DNA of 64,000 nucleotides, taken from Alkalispirochaeta sp. GTDB lineage: Bacteria > Spirochaetota > Spirochaetia > DSM-27196 > Alkalispirochaetaceae. The notes beneath the pieces are model-generated. The model saw nothing but the letters and a program-made list of their open reading frames with translations. It searched no databases and was not told the DNA's origin. The stretch is from positions 288,001 to 352,000 of the forward strand of contig CBDESZ010000004.1 in the NCBI GenBank assembly GCA_965242725.1, given 5' to 3'. Each line of letters opens with the position of its first letter. The stretch's first letter is position 1. The position numbers were made by a program, and so were the translations under genes. This document shows positions 61,283 through 64,000 of this stretch, one piece after another.

Positions 61283-62163
61283 CGGTACAAACTGCACCGA
61301 CGATCGCTGTTGAGCCGGCGGCGCGACTGCGCGCCCTGCGCCGTATCGACGCTGTTGGATTGTTGCTGACTGTGTTCACCGTTTTTGCTGCCGTGATTTG
61401 GGCGTTTCCGTTGTATTGGGCGGCGATCACTACATTCAAACCCGAGCACGAGATCATCCGTCCCTACATCGAATTGTGGCCGGAGAACTTCACACTGGAA
61501 TCTTATGTGCACGTCATCTTCAATACGAAGATTGGTATCTGGTATATCAACTCCGTGGTCACGGCATTGTCGGTCACGGCGCTGGTGGTGGTGATGTGTT
61601 CAGCATGTGGTTACGCCATTTCCCAGTTGCGCTTTCCAGGCCGCAATCTGTTGTGGTGGACCATCCTCGCCAGCTTCATGGTGCCGATACAGGCACTCAT
61701 CATTAATCACTTCATTTTGATGGCGGAAGCCAAGCTGCTCAATTCTTGGCTCGGGATTATCCTGCCCCAACTAATCGCACCAGTCGTGGTCATCGTATAC
61801 AAGCAATTCTTCGACTCTATGCCGCGCGAAATTCGCGAGGCGGCGGTGATCGATGGAGCCAACCACTTCCAGCTGTGGTTCAAGGTGTTTTTGCCGATGA
61901 ACTGGGGCGTGACCACAGCGCTTGCGATCATCACGTTCATCGGCGCATGGAACGCGTTCCTGTGGCCGTTCTTGGCGGCGCAGTCGGAGAACATGATGAC
62001 CATCGCCGTTGGCATCACACAGGTGAGCGACGCCTTCGGTATTTATTATGGCCGCGAGCTGTCCGGCGCCATGATGGCCGGGTTCCCGGTCGCGCTGCTG
62101 TACTTGATATTTCAACGCCGGGTGACCCAGGCCATTACACTAACGGCCGGCATCAAGGGCTGA
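61279..62163 (+). CDS. Carbohydrate ABC permease (MalG-like)
   Basis: EIREAAVIDGA, FIGAWNAFLWP, FQRR..GIKG. Confidence 0.92.
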   Translation: MTVQTAPTIAVEPAARLRALRRIDAVGLLLTVFTVFAAVIWAFPLYWAAITTFKPEHEIIRPYIELWPENFTLESYVHVIFNTKIGIWYINSVVTALSVTALVVVMCSACGYAISQLRFPGRNLLWWTILASFMVPIQALIINHFILMAEAKLLNSWLGIILPQLIAPVVVIVYKQFFDSMPREIREAAVIDGANHFQLWFKVFLPMNWGVTTALAIITFIGAWNAFLWPFLAAQSENMMTIAVGITQVSDAFGIYYGRELSGAMMAGFPVALLYLIFQRRVTQAITLTAGIKG

Positions 62164-62275
62164 GGACCGGACCAAGAGCCATCGCTGTCAATCCCGCGTT
62201 TGGAAGTGCGGTAGTAACGTGCCCTCGCTAAGCCGTCGGTCCGGTGTATGATCGATCGGGAAAGGCGGGGCCATC

Positions 62276-64000
62276 GTGTCGGACAAGGGGTCACCGTTTC
62301 ACCGCGGCGAGTTGGAGATCCAGGCGAAGCTCGGGATCCGGGAAAAAATGGAGGACTTGGGCCGGCGGATGATCCGCGATCAGATGTCGGCCCCGCACCA
62401 AGAGTTCTTCAGCCAATTGCCGCTGTTGTTCGCAGGTACGGTCGATGCGTGTGGCCGGCCCTGGGCCTCGGTGCTCGCGGGGCGGCCGGGGTTCGTGCAG
62501 GCCGTCGACGGGCAGCGCCTGACGATTGCGGCGCGGCCGATTTACGGCGATCCGCTGGGCAAGGCGCTGACCGACGGCGATGACATCGGCCTGCTCGGGC
62601 TGGATTTCGCGACGCGGCGGCGGGTCCGGGTCAACGGGCGGATGGCCGCGGTGCGCGCGGGGGCGTTTGACGTCGAGGTGCGGCAGAGCTTCGGCATTTG
62701 CCCGAAATACATTCAGGCGCGGGACTGCGAGGTCGGCGACGGGATCGCCGACCTCGGCGAGAAGCGCGCGGTGGCGCACGGCACCACCCTGAGCCGCGAT
62801 CAGGCGGCGTTTGTCAGCGGGTCGGACACCTTCCTGATCGCCAGTCAGTTCTCCGACGCCGGCGACGACTGGAGCAACGGCATCGACATGTCGCACCGCG
62901 GCGGTCGGCCGGGGTTTGTCGTCGTGGCGCACGAAAGCCTGCTGCTGTTCCCCGACTACGCCGGCAACTGCTTGTTCAACACGTTGGGCAACATCGCGGT
63001 CAATCCGCGGTGCGGCCTGTTGTTCATCGACTTCGACACGGGCGATTGCCTGCAGCTTTCGGGCGAAGCCGAGGTGCTGTGGGCGCCGGAACACGTGTGC
63101 CGGTTCCCCGGCGCCAAGCGGGTGGTGGCGTTCCAGGTCGAGGAAGTGATGCAGATCGAGGCGGCGCTGCCGCTGACCTGGCAGTTCGAGGGGTTTTCCC
63201 CGGTGTTCGACACCTTCGATCCGGCGGTTCCGGCGGGGGCGGCGCCGGCGGCAGCGCGGCCGATGACGCTGACGTCGGTCAACGTGGCGATGCCGCGGGA
63301 CATCAAACATGGCGGCAAGGCGGTGGCGACGGGCATCTTCAAGGCCCCCGTCGATGGGCGGGTCATGGTGCGGCGGCTGAACCTCGAAGGGGATGGACAG
63401 GCGGACCTGTGGGGACACGGGGGCGCGTTCCGGGCCGTCTATGCCTACCCGGCGGAGAACTACGGCTACTGGGCGGACAAGCTCGGGCGCGACGACCTCG
63501 CGGCCGGGCAATTCGGCGAGAACTTTACCGTCGAGGGGATGGGCGACGACGAAGTGTGTGTGGGCGACGTTTACCGTATCGGCGGTGCGCTGCTTGAGGT
63601 CAGCCAGCCACGGATCCCCTGTTACAAACTGGCGATCAAGATGGGGATCGAGGGGTTCCAGAACCAGTTCTTGGAGAGCGGCAGGGTCGGGTTCTACTTC
63701 CGGGTGCTGGAGGAAGGCGAGGTTGGGGCGGGGGACGTCATCGAGCTGGTGCACCGGGACGAACGCGGGTTGACGGTGCGCCAGGTGAGCGACCTGCTGT
63801 TCTTCGACAAGGACGACTTGGACACGACGCGGCGCGCGTTGCAGATCCCGGCGCTGTCGCACGGCTGGAAAGAGTCGTTTCTGGAGCGGTTGGCGAAAGC
63901 CGGCGTGGCGGCCGAAAGCCGGCCGGGGTTCCGGGACTTCATCGTCGACCGCAAGGAGCGGGAAAGCGACACGGTGACGTCGTTCTATCTGGTGCCGGCG
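62276..64000 (+). CDS. Fusion protein: 2x PNPOx-like + MOSC/3-alpha + FAD-binding domain; 3' end outside the window (absent from the ORF track)
   Basis: Hand translation from GTG 62276: SPFHRGE..Q, GRPWAS, TRRRVRVNG, CPKYIQ, SHRGG.PGFV, PDYAGN..FNTLGN, GDGQAD..HGG, FGENFT, SQPRIPCYKL, GFRDF.V..K.RES..VTSFYL; same frame at window end. Confidence 0.85.
   Translation, partial: MSDKGSPFHRGELEIQAKLGIREKMEDLGRRMIRDQMSAPHQEFFSQLPLLFAGTVDACGRPWASVLAGRPGFVQAVDGQRLTIAARPIYGDPLGKALTDGDDIGLLGLDFATRRRVRVNGRMAAVRAGAFDVEVRQSFGICPKYIQARDCEVGDGIADLGEKRAVAHGTTLSRDQAAFVSGSDTFLIASQFSDAGDDWSNGIDMSHRGGRPGFVVVAHESLLLFPDYAGNCLFNTLGNIAVNPRCGLLFIDFDTGDCLQLSGEAEVLWAPEHVCRFPGAKRVVAFQVEEVMQIEAALPLTWQFEGFSPVFDTFDPAVPAGAAPAAARPMTLTSVNVAMPRDIKHGGKAVATGIFKAPVDGRVMVRRLNLEGDGQADLWGHGGAFRAVYAYPAENYGYWADKLGRDDLAAGQFGENFTVEGMGDDEVCVGDVYRIGGALLEVSQPRIPCYKLAIKMGIEGFQNQFLESGRVGFYFRVLEEGEVGAGDVIELVHRDERGLTVRQVSDLLFFDKDDLDTTRRALQIPALSHGWKESFLERLAKAGVAAESRPGFRDFIVDRKERESDTVTSFYLVPA

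Noticed and set aside
56234..62253. Possible terminal inverted repeats around the arabinofuranosidase cluster (ACCGACACGGCT vs AGCCGTCGGT)
   Set aside because: The match is short and gapped, with no transposase or target duplication; compatible with chance.
62291..63862. 523-aa minus-strand ORF (likewise 2047-3531 and other long antisense ORFs)
   Set aside because: Antisense to a motif-rich plus-strand gene; Arg/Pro-rich with no recognisable domain.

Overview
Bacterial DNA of about 60% GC. Positions ~1-55,060 look like a free-living spirochaete chromosome (inference from a stand-alone rpsD, the prfB-hyp-ftsY-hyp-lolC/D/E order and mcsA-mcsB-clpC without ctsR). The first 12 kb hold the most interesting locus. 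A secretin gene is translationally coupled to a ~1,980-codon Rhs/YD protein that has a Sec-type signal peptide, a DUF6531-like domain split by a coiled coil, and a hydrophobic C-terminal tip. It is followed by small membrane immunity-like genes, an orphan Rhs module with a related tip, and a mosaic Rhs remnant. Both orphan modules are preceded by the same 100-bp non-coding element and start at the same point of the Rhs core. The middle holds housekeeping and metabolic genes (corA, rpsD, psuKG, prfB with its programmed frameshift, ftsY, lol genes, clpC, radC, ychF, CDF transporters, hicBA, tRNA-Leu). About a dozen single-base frameshifts, two of them in essential ftsY, point to long-read indel errors. 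At ~55,070 the sequence switches abruptly into the 3' stub of an ABC permease and a higher-GC, proteobacteria-like segment: ThiY-like SBP, a GH51 arabinofuranosidase/ABC cluster, and a PNPOx-MOSC-FAD fusion gene running off the end. That switch is either an assembly chimera or an HGT junction. All calls come from motif recognition by eye; no searches were run.
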